Origin: Orbicella franksi
Lineage: Eukaryota
NCBI GenBank assembly: GCA_964199315.1
Contig: OZ116702.1
Location: forward strand, 10,664,001 to 10,728,000
Length of the DNA stretch: 64,000 bases
Reading direction: 5' to 3'
The position numbers and the translations under genes are program-made. This document shows, piece after piece, positions 25,001 through 35,279 of the stretch. Numbering within the stretch: the stretch's first letter is position 1; each line of letters opens with the position of its first letter. The notes below the pieces were generated by a model, which worked only from the letters and a program-made list of their open reading frames with translations, made no database searches and had not been told where the DNA came from.

Positions 25001-25784
25001 GACTTTTGCATCTAAATAGCTCGCACTGCTTGAATAATGCAAAGGTCGTTTATTTAACGTTTCGCATTAAGTGTTGTCTGAAGCTACGCTTCTCTAAGAT
25101 TTTAAAACAAGTTTAAAAATGCTGCAACATTTGTCGTGCATTACATGTAAAAACAAGAGAAAATTTGGAACCCGTTGCAAGTAAATAAGCCAGTTTCGGT
25201 ACATTAGAATAGGTCATATTCGTATTCCCGGTATTGGACTGGAACTAGCTTGCAACTGAGCCTAATATGGGGAGTCTTTTCAAATGCAAATGACATTGAT
25301 CTCTTTTTAATGATATTCACCCGTATGAGCCTCCATTTCAAGCTAGTTCCAGTTCAATACCGAGAATACGAATATGGTCTATTCTACCATGGCTCTGAGC
25401 CTTGGGGGACTAAAACAAAAGAATTCACCTTGAAAATGAAACACGAATGAACAATCTCTTTGGGTATGGATCAGATCTCGGTGACCAATATGTTTTCGTT
25501 TTGCTGTTGTGGTCTGGTTAACCAGATTAATCATATTTAATTTTCAGGGTCAACTTTACGTCAACGGGTTTAATCTCGGCCGTTATTGGCCGGACGCTGG
25601 ACCTCAAGAAACTCTGTATGTGCCGGCATCTTTCTTGTCCGCGGGACAACAGGGAAGTAGAGTGGTCCTGTTTGAGCTCGATGATGCACCGTGCGACATT
25701 CCCCTGACCTGTGTCATTGAAAGTGTGTCAGTGCCCATTTTGAATGGGACCGTGCACCCTCTTTACCCTCGAGTAACGCATTAA
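16074..25784 (+). CDS. GH35 beta-galactosidase paralog B (divergent GLB1/GLB1L-like), ~646 aa
   Basis: Exons 16074-16306, 17092-17213, 18131-18159, 18629-18704, 18869-18963, 19613-19793, 20747-20968, 22456-22649, 23150-23350, 23911-24261, 25548-25784 (1941 nt, open, GT/AG, same phases as gene A). Signal peptide, [51 protein letters not shown]. Confidence 0.93.
17453..18096 (+). mobile_element. tRNA-derived SINE split by a MITE
   Basis: Head ggcgcggtggcctcatggttagcgcgctcgactccgg...ggttcgagccctggc and body to ...gctacagaaaccg (17700); tail resumes at ~18047 (gatataagctccggccttggctcgtatacatactttacctttacc). Confidence 0.85.
17702..18045. mobile_element. PIF/Harbinger-like MITE inserted in the SINE
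   Basis: TIRs gggtgctttccat ... atggaaagcactc. Confidence 0.75.
18219..18402. mobile_element. MITE
   Basis: TIRs catcttcggagacccaggggc ... gcccctggatctccgaggatg. Confidence 0.8.
20281..20465. mobile_element. Palindromic dispersed element; partial copy at ~28280-28370
   Basis: aattgacgtcagttttttatgcgtctgtcctgttattga...gtcaataacaggacagactcatgaaaaactgacgtc inverted arms. Confidence 0.75.
21583..22270. repeat. MITE-like element containing a near-perfect 17-bp tandem array (aacggccacctccctac)n
   Basis: ~13 units at 21600-21830; left end tagagtcgaacctccattaacggccacctc, and inverted gaggtggccgttatggggag at 22241-22260. Confidence 0.8.
22372..22413. repeat. (CTT)14 microsatellite ending ~40 bp upstream of exon 8 of gene B
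   Basis: Perfect ctt repeat, 42 nt. Confidence 0.95.
24299..24526. mobile_element. PIF/Harbinger-type MITE with 3-bp TSD
   Basis: TIRs aggccagtttctcgaa ... ttcgagaaacaggtcc, flanked on both sides by CAG (24296-24298, 24527-24529). Confidence 0.75.
25210..25381. mobile_element. Palindromic MITE (~43-bp TIRs)
   Basis: taggtcatattcgtattcccggtattggactggaactagcttg ... caagctagttccagttcaataccgagaatacgaatatggtcta. Confidence 0.85.
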
Positions 25785-28700
25785 ATGCACCCTCCCCTCC
25801 CTGCTTAATTTGTAACATCTATAATTCATAATTGTAGGGACGCGTAATTATAAGAAAAACTCGTTAACAATTTTCAAAATCACGTAGCAATGAAAATTGT
25901 ATTTAGAAGATTTATGGCTTTAAATTCCGTTGTAAGCAGTTTTCGATTTATTGTCGAAAGAAACGTTTTTTTTAATTTGCTACTTTGGTTTTTTCGCATG
26001 TGACAGCGCGCTTTATAAAGTCACTGCAAAGGAATTCCTTTTCTTTTCTTCATCTTAGCTTATAAGGATAGAGAAGAAAAAAAGACGGGAATTTGAGCTG
26101 GTTTTCTCGGGATTGACTCCTGACCAACTGGTTATATTAAGTAATTGTTACTGAGTGACTAGGCGCCTATATAATGTATTTTTATTCATATATTGATTAA
26201 AATTATTTTAGTAATAGAGCAAAATAAATATTGTTGTTGGTGCTGTCGTTCTTCTTCAGTAGGTCATTGAGTTATTTGCCCATTTGCTCTGATAAACCTA
26301 AGTGGCAAAGTTTGGATGCACCACAGTGGAGACTTGGGAAGTCAATGGGAACGCAAAAAAACAGGCCCGACTTCAGTGGTTGTCTTTTCTGGGTGCATAT
26401 ACTCCAAATTTGAAATACAGTCATTAAAAAATGATTTCAAGTGATTGTAGCTACCGGAAAAGAACTCATAAGCGCGATTAGTCAAGATGATGATATAAAT
26501 CAATCAGGCGATGGGATGCTTTTCTCGCTTTGCCTTTTCTGGGGTTTCCAGGCGAGCAATGTACGAACAGTAATTAGTCCGTACTAGGGAAATGTCTACA
26601 CTTACAGTGGGGGAGGGGGTATTAGGAGGATGAGTGTGGTTCCACTCCCATACTTGCACCTTCAGTGTTGGTCGAGGAAACTTGAAGAATAAAGTAATTT
26701 CCATTATTACCACAGGAAATACTCCATCTTAGGGTTAAGTAAATGGCGGTGTGTTTCTATAGGGGTTTCCCCGCCGGCAAGAAATCGGCTGATGAACAGA
26801 AATTTTAAGGAACAGATCACCTTGAAAGCCTCTCCCCCCCCCCCCCCGGACGATTGTCACCCAACGGTAGAATTAATTTCCCGTGTTTCTTTGTTTTAGT
26901 CCAGCTACAAGATTCCTTCCTATTCTATACACAGGTCGTCTAGATCAAGAGATATTACTTCGTTTTTTTCTCTCAGTACTGTAAAATACGAATTCTCATT
27001 CTTTTTATTCCTTTCATGCACACTTCTCTCTTCGCCCATGAAACAGTCATCTGGCATCATGCACATGTCAATGTCCTGCACATGTCAATTTCGACACTTT
27101 CAGACAAGTTCTCCAGTACCTCCACCAAGCCTTCATAACTAGAGATGAACGACTTTTATATATACGGTTGTTTCTGGAAAGGTTGTACTGGAAAAAAGTA
27201 CAAGCGTAGCGTCATTTTTGAAAGGAATCATGGATGGTTTTTTGATATAATTTCAGTGCCATCTTGCTGAGAAACGGTGAACTACGATCAAGTCACGGCG
27301 ATTTTTTTTCCCGGGGGGGGGGCGGGGGGGGAAACTCCCGTATGAAAAGGTCGGGGATACTCGTGGTCTTGCTCAGGGATGTAAATCAAAGATTTTGGTC
27401 TCACTAAGGTGTTCACGGACGAAACGCTACTATTTTAAGCGTGTAGTCGAAGAGATGAGCATTACAAAAAAAACGCTCTCATTTCGGTTTTTTTGGCCTG
27501 ATTTCCGCCACTCTTGAGTCCCGTTTACTAGCCTGGGATCCTTTCCTGAACAGCGGCAGGTAATCAAGCCTACTCTTTTTTAAGCTTATTTTCAAATAAA
27601 GTTCGAGCAACACCCAGATTGGTTTCCAGATTGGAAAGCGCGCTCTTCCTTCGCGTGCGACTCGCGCTTCGCGGTCACCTTGCTTTCGCCTCTGTTCACC
27701 TAAATACGCAGCAAAATTACGCCTGTTCTGCAGGATAAGATTTCACGGACGATTAATCCACAATAGTTTTGATCTGTTACATGGCCATCTCTCAGCTTCT
27801 CCGCTGTCTAATCTGCGCTTAGGGTTAGGGAAGCAAGTCAATAGTGACTTTAAACACAACTGTTTACAGTCCAAGACATATGTTCAAGAAACGAAGATAA
27901 CAGAAACTGTCGCGTGTTTAGTAAATTATGAAGTGAAAATAAACTTTTTACAACAACTGTCTAATTTCTCGCGCGCTGATTGGTTCATTTTTATCATCAA
28001 TAAGAGTACAGACGGAAAAAAATTTAACTTATGCAAGCTTTCAAGTTCAACTTTCAGCTGTCAAACTGTCAACTTTTTAACCAATGAGATTTTATGGACT
28101 TTTTTAAGTACCCAATCAAAAAGCGAGGAAAGCTATTGACAATTCTTGCGTCATTTTGACAAAAATACACTTATCTTTGTTTACAGCAAGTTTACGGCGT
28201 CTTTTCTCCTCATTTATTCCCGGCATTTGACCATTTTGGGGTCTTGTTATTATAAAAAAACAAATTGATGCGACTCGTGGTTCCACAGCCACTTTGACAA
28301 TGTTATGACGCAATTTATCATCAACAAGAGGACAGACGCATAAAAAAACTGACGTCAATTATTTGTTAAACACGGAGCGATCCTATAAAAGGCAAGGACA
28401 CGCCACCTTTCAAGCACTTTGTTGGCTGTTTGTGCAATGGTGCAAAGCCGAAACAACGGTCGCATAAAACATAGAAGTCGTGGAGAAATAGCGTTTTTCT
28501 CGTTAAAACAATAGAGTCATCTACGTAGTATAACATAAGGTGAATAATAAAAATACAGTGAAAATAAAACTTGTATTAACACTGATGCCTTTGGAAGAAC
28601 AAAAACGATGAATTATCATCGTCACTTCACCGTAACATTCAAATTTTGCCGCTAATTAAAATAACATTTAGCTGATGCCTACGATCAACGAGCTATCTGT

Positions 28701-30349
28701 TTCCATTTATCTCAGCATGCCGAGAACGAAAGCAAATCTCGTAAGAGGTGATTTTGGTTAGCCTGTGAACACAAACGGATTTTTGGTTGGATATTAAAAT
28801 TATTCAGATTTATGAACGTTATGATGGTGCAAACAAAACGAGTCAATTTGAAATCGTTGTTAAGTGACTCTTACGTCGTTAGCAGGTTTTAATATACAAT
28901 TTCAGAAGTAAAAGAAAGTTTGAAACTTTTACTTGCTAAAAAAAGTTGAGAAAACTTGGCGATAAATCACGAAACATTTTGACAACAATAACGGCTTTAA
29001 ATTTTAGCGGGCCGTACAGTAGAATACGGCCCACTAAATTGATCAATCACAGCGTGCGTACTAACTGAGAGATATAGTAAAACAGAAAATTACACCCGTC
29101 GCTCTCCAGAATTTTGTGGCAACGCGCTAAAATTAGACCTGAGTGAATAAGCCAATCAAATGGGACCAAGTCCGTTGGGATTTGTGATTGGCAGGCTGAA
29201 CACCTTAGCCTCGTTTCCAGGTTTGACTAACTAAAACGAGGCAGCACATGTTTACGCGCTTTCCTTGCTGTAGCGGTTGGTGGCGGCGGTAGCATTTGTG
29301 TGTTGTTGTGTGGGAAACTTTAGGCTTAAGTTTTCTTTTATGAACCTTTCTTTATGAAGCTGGGAGAGAGCAAAAAACAGGTAAGAGGTTGATATGATTC
29401 AAAGATACAGGGACTTGACATGTTCAATTTTGCGCTCGAGTAAACCAGCGAGAAACCTACAAACAGCTGGCGTCGTTCGTGTATCTTCAGCTGTGTATTT
29501 CTGTTCGCCTAACATTCGTTGTATTTTTTAAATGGCTTTTGTCAATTTCGGTCAGGTAGGGCGATAAATTATTGAATTTAAATGCCTATCAAAGCGTGAT
29601 GTTCTTTTTCAGAAACTGGAAGGATTAGAAAGCATTCAACGGAGCTTTTCAGCTGTCTGCGCGCGTCACCCAGCTGAGCGAGTTGAAGTATGCGGGGAGC
29701 AATTGCAGAATACCCGGACACTTCATGGAGCTAACGAATGTCTGTGTTGTAAGTTGACCGGTAACCAGTTGATCAGAGATTATCTTTAGAGTACTATACA
29801 ACCCTGTGGTGAAACTGCTCATTTTGGACGCACCTACGCAGCCATTGTTGCATGCGGCCAAATTATAGACCTTCTCACGGTTTTCGACGCCATCTTGACG
29901 AGTGGGCAAAGCGGTCAGAAGTTACAGTGTTTGTATGGGAATCCGATGGTAAATAACTTTTCATATCAAACTTACGCTTAACATCTGCCTCTACAGATTG
30001 TCGTGACATGTCACGCAGTCTGGGGTCAGTCAAAAACACGCTAATTTTCGAACATTTTCTTCTTTTTCGTGTATTCCATTTGAATTGCTATCTTTCTTAC
30101 CTTCAGTTTATAAAACTAACATATATAAGCTTTCTATACCACTGTATTTGAAGGCACTAATAAGAATATTTCGCACGGGTTTTTTAGAGTTTTGGTTGGC
30201 AATTCAGACATGTCGAAGAGAGGTTCATGCCACATGCAAGCACTGGCCATAGAGTCTGGGGCTAGAACTCTAACGCGCATGCACAAAACTGGTCATTACC
30301 GCGAAATATGAAAAGAGGAATAAATTTGGTGCAATTTGATGTATAATAC

Positions 30350-32909
30350 ATGAGGTTTGAATATTGTTTGGGTTCAGGAAACGGGACTTATGCGCTGGTG
30401 ATTTTGTCCTCGCTGGCTCTTTTCGCGGTGGTGGTAGATGCACAAAACGATTTTGGCAAGGAAATGAGTGGTCCAAAAGGGGATAAATTGCCTTGGTTTA
30501 CTTACGAAATAAACAAGTAAGTAAAATTGCGTTAATTCAAACCTGTCTCATTTTGTTAATGTTTTGGTTTTTCATCAAATGATTTTTTTTTAATTTTTTA
30601 ATCAGCTGTCTCGTATATTCCCTGTCAAAGAATCCTGTTGAGGGACCCAACGACAAAAGTGCCGATTCTGTAATTGCAGGAATAGTGGAAAAAATCTTGA
30701 GGGAATCTGGGATTGGTGGAGTTGTCATAAATTGCAGAATTATCAACGTCTTCAGGAAAAAGATTTCTCTCCTCCATTCAGCATTCAAGGAATTTTCACA
30801 AAGTGGGGGGAAAGTATAAGTAAGCTTATTGACTTGTGCAAGGCAAAAAACTACTCTTTCAAAATTTTCTATCATGAGCTTCAAAACAATTCATTGATTG
30901 AGGAAAACCAACAGCTCCGTGGGCAGAAAAAGAAAGCTGAACTGGATTTAGCCGCAGAGCAGCCAAAGAGACTAAAAATTGAGCGGAAGCTTGAAGATGT
31001 CATTAGGGATTCGGAAAACAGAAAAAAAAACAGTACAAAGAAAAATTCAGGAGATAAGTGAAAAAAGCAGCAAGGATGTAAAAAAAGGGACAAGGAGGTC
31101 CAAACAAAAGTAAAAATTCACTGATTACACCAAACAGCACCAGGCAAGGATAAGGCGAGGATTTAAAGAAGACTGCCACTCGGCACTGTCATTTTTAGGC
31201 CTGTATGATTTTATTGCCACCAAGGTTGAAGTATTTAATAATGACACTCAGCAGTATGAAACTGTTTCATTGGTAGAAGAGGGAAAATTGAAACTACTGG
31301 AAACTGAGCCAAAAGAACTGAATGACAGTGATATTGTTGACATCAATATGTGGGTTTACTTAAAGGACAAATTTAGTATATCTAATGAAGCCTGGCATGA
31401 GTTGGCCATGAAGTGTAAAGACATGCCCACAAAATATAAAATATGCAAACACCTAGATAAGCTAAATGCCGATTGGAATCTGAAAAGTACACCAGGGGAG
31501 GCAGAGGGAATACAGATTTCTTTCAAGGAGAGTCTTGAGGAACAGATAAAAAGGCTGCAAAAAAATGGAGTATTGGTCAAGGCTACTACTATTAAAGTAA
31601 AGATCAGTGGTGATGGTGCTAACATTGGGAAAGACTTAAACTTGAAAATGTCACATATACAATTTTGAATGAAAAGGATGCAGCAATGAACGAAAAAGGG
31701 AACTATGTTTTAGCAATAACCAAGACAACAGAGAACTATGACAATCTTGAAGAAAGCCTTGCTGTTCTAAATAATGAAATGTCAAATTTAAAAGAAATAA
31801 CTGTAAATAATCATAAGTATAGCATCAAGTATTTTTTAGGAGGAGACTGGAAGTTTCTAGCCTGTGTCTGTGGTCTAGGAGCTGCAAATCAAAATTTTGC
31901 CTTTATTCGGTGTAAGTGCCCAAAACATGAAAGGTTTGACATCAGCAAAAAGTGGTCTTTAACTGATAAATCTCTTGGGGCAAGAGAATCATAAGAAATA
32001 GGTAAGCAAGCAAAATCTAAACAATGTAATTGTAAAACCAATCTATTATTTAACTTTATTCCCATTGACCATGTAATGATTGATACACTACATTTGTTTT
32101 TGAGAATATCTGATAATTTAATTCAACTTCTTATCAGGGAACTTTGCGGAAAAGATGCCATTGACAAGGTATCTACTTTTTCAAATGGGTTTTGTCAAAA
32201 CAGGTATAGACACATGGCTGGGTATGAAAAATTTCTAAAAGACCTTGGAATTAGTTTTGAATGGAAAATCAATAAGGACACCAAGAAGTTGGAGTACAGA
32301 GATCTTACAGGACCTGAAAAACTCTTGGTTTTTCAGCACATAAATGTCCATTCAATATTATCAGAATATCATACACAGATAAGCTGCAAGCCCTTTGCAG
32401 TAGTTTCATGGATATTATAGGTGATCTTAAACTAGACTACACAACAGATTATGCTGCATGTATCTCTAGCTTTGAAGACAAGATAAAAAAAATGGTTTCA
32501 AAAATTCCTTGACCTATACCAAGCAAAAGATGTGACAACTTATATGCATGCTTAGTATGCTCATGTGCCTGAATTTTTAAAGCTTTACCAAAATTTAGCA
32601 TATTACACCCAGCAAGGTATGGAGAAGTACAATGACACTGTATTGAAGGACTACTTTAGATCATCAAACCATAGAGGGGTTTCTGCACTAAGGCAACTTT
32701 TCTTGAAAAAACACAGAATACAGCTTTTGTAGGTGGCTGGTGTGGAAAGGGTGAAGGAAAGCTACAATTGTGGACACTGTTCAACTTCTGGCCATACCAT
32801 CAAAACATGTACTGCAAAATGCAGGAAATGTGATGCTTCTACTTTCTGTGCATGTCTTGTTAAAATAGATGGTAAATGGAAGCCAAGATGTGAATTAATC
32901 AATCAGTAA
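30350..32909 (+). pseudogene. Decayed RAG1-core/Transib-like (CMC-type) DDE transposase with C-terminal zinc knuckle
   Basis: Frameshifted pieces join into: GGPNKSK(K)FTDYTKQHQARIRR; KISGDG (Asp 31612); LGGDWKFLACVCGL..NQNFAFIRCKC (Asp 31845); MIDTLHLFLRI (32076-); RDLTGPEK; TTYMHA*YAHVPE (H-x4-H, 32547/32562); TQQGMEKYND (Glu 32622); CGHCSTSGHTIKTC; stop 32907-32909. A putative first exon 30350-30516 and intron 30517-30605 are less certain. Several frameshifts and in-frame stops. Confidence 0.75.
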
Positions 32910-33334
32910 TCATGTAATATATCAATGTATACATGTTTACATTGTATGTAAATAATTCACAGGCAAGTAAAATAATCAACTATTCATCAATACAGAAAAA
33001 TTAATGTACATGTGTTAAATCAAATATATTAGTGGTGGACCATATTTTTGTATCCACATCTGTTGCCATCTCCACGGACAAATGTAAAAATGACTTGATG
33101 CCTGTCTTCGATTTCAGATCTCACATATTTATGGCCAATTAATTTAAATTTCACTATGGGGTTTCTTTTTGTCAGCCAAAATCTCAAAGTACCTGGTACA
33201 ACATAGGTAAAATCACTGTTTTCATTCATGATCCGCTCATTCCACTTTGTGGCGATATAAAAATCCAGAGTTTCATCAGAAAGAACTTCATATATGAGTT
33301 TATTTCTTTGATATTGTTTGGACGTAATCCTTCC

Positions 33335-34860
33335 AAGACTTGTATTGAAAACGTCATCATCAACTTGAATTTCAATACGTGCTTCGGGATCCTCTCTGCA
33401 CCCTGCGTACAACTTTCGCTTGATCTCCCTGTACACACCTTGACAAAAAGCTTGCAGCGATCGCTAAGGGAATCATTGGTTGGTTGTGACATCGGTTCTA
33501 ATTGTATTACTGGCCAGGGCTGTCATTAAGTTTTGAAGCAGCCGTTGCATGTAAGTTATCACCCATAGCAGTGAAATACGTGGCCCACAGCCACGTTCTG
33601 AAGGCCCGAAAGGGCCTGAGCATCTAGGGGGGTCTGAGGGCATGCCCCCCCCCCAGAAATTTTTTGAGCATGAAACCCCTAGAAATGCATTTTCCTGCTT
33701 TCTAGGGCAGTACTTGAAGCTGTGATCGCTGGTATTAATCGACCGCCTCGACCAGTTGTTTTGTGAGCTTCCTCATTTCCATCGGTCCGTTGGGATTTAG
33801 GAAAAAATCTGTCGATCCAAGACTTGTATTGAAAACGTCATCATCAACTTGAATTTCAATACGTGCTTCGGGATCCTCTCTGCACCCTGCGTACAACTTT
33901 CGCTTGATCTCCCTGTACACACGTTGACAAAAAGCTTGCAGCGATCGCTAAGGGAATCATTGGTTGGTTGTGACATCGGTTCTAATTGTATTACTGGCCA
34001 GGGCTGTCATTAAGTTTTGAAGCAGCCGTTGCATGTAAGTTATCACCCATAGCAGTGAAATACTTGGCCCATGGCCACGTTCTGAAGGCCCGAAAGGGCC
34101 TGAGCATCTAGGGGGGTCTGAGGGCATGCCCCCCCCCCCCAGAAATTTTTTGAGCATGAAACCCCTAGAAATGCATTTTCCTGCTTTCTAGGGCATGAAA
34201 ATGGCAATTTTTTAATCAAAAATGATAAAGCAGAGTGATAATATGCTGTAGTACATCATCAGCAAATAGTGAAATAGCATCTTTGTTGCATCAACCTATG
34301 CAAGTGGTCCTTATTTTAGTACTGTTTGTTTTTCACAGTGCATAATTTCAAATTCATGCACCTTAATTTACAGAGATCAAATGAATAAAGTTATGAAATA
34401 TCTCCAACAGACCTGAGTGTTCCTTGTTTAAAAAAAAAAAAATGACAGTCCATAATCAGCAATATGGTTTTATGTTTGCTAACAGTTATAATAATTTGTT
34501 ATTATGGTCAAATGCATAAAACAGGAGTGAAACCGGAAATAAGAATTATAATAACATCTCTACATTACCGAGCTATCTTACCGTTAGAGGAACTCAAATA
34601 AGCTGGATCAGACATTGAACATCTCTTTCCGTTACAGTGGTAATAAGAATGAAATGCTTTACCATTTCTAGAATTGGGAAATTTTTCTTCCACTCTTTGT
34701 AGCATAATACTCAGTTCTACAGGCTGCCCACATGTGGCTGAAGTACTTGCAGTACTTGAAGCTGTGATCGCTGGTATTTGTCGACCGCCTCGACCAGTTG
34801 TTTTGTGAGCTTCCTCATTTCCATCGGTCCGTTGGGATTTAGAAAAAAATCTGTCGATCC
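33335..34860. repeat. Recent local duplication (~98% identical)
   Basis: 33335-33709 = 33819-34195 (offset 484); 33710-33818 = 34752-34860. Confidence 0.9.
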
Positions 34861-35279
34861 CAGGCTGTTTTGACGTGGGTTCTTTTCTCTTATTCATATT
34901 AAAACATAACTTTCTCTACACACGCGCGGGACCTAACACGATTGATCAGCCTGGACAACACCCTACATCGGTCGGCGGAATTTCTCAAAAGGCAGGAGCA
35001 GCGCATTGCGAGATAAGTTTTGCTGCTTAAAATGGCGTCTAAATGTAATTCACGACGATTAAGCAAACTGAAAGTTCATCTCCAGGGTAAAATATAAATA
35101 GTAGAACCAAGGAGGTAAGACACCAAGAAACAGTTATGTTTATTTCAACAGGGAAATGTTTAAAAATAAATTCGGTAAGTGTAGCATGTTCGTACCATCC
35201 ATCGACATCTTCACCCGTAACATCGAGAGAACTCAGCCGTAACAGGTGTTACAGGTTACGGCCCTTAATGACAGCCCTG
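33515..35279 (-). mobile_element. Internally deleted hAT-like DNA transposon with 15-bp TIRs and 5-bp TSD
   Basis: TIR CAGGGCTGTCATTAA at 33515 (duplicated at 33999) and its inverse at 35265-35279; CTGGC at 33510-33514 and 35280-35284. Residual ORF 34897-34565 (MNKRKEPTSKQPGIDRFFSK...FPNSRNGKAF) resembles a hAT transposase N-terminus. Confidence 0.8.

Noticed and set aside
30350-30516. Signal-peptide-like stretch (YALVILSSLALFAVVVDA) in the putative first exon of the transposase
   Set aside because: The exon assignment is uncertain in a frameshifted pseudogene, and a secreted transposase is implausible; not claimed.
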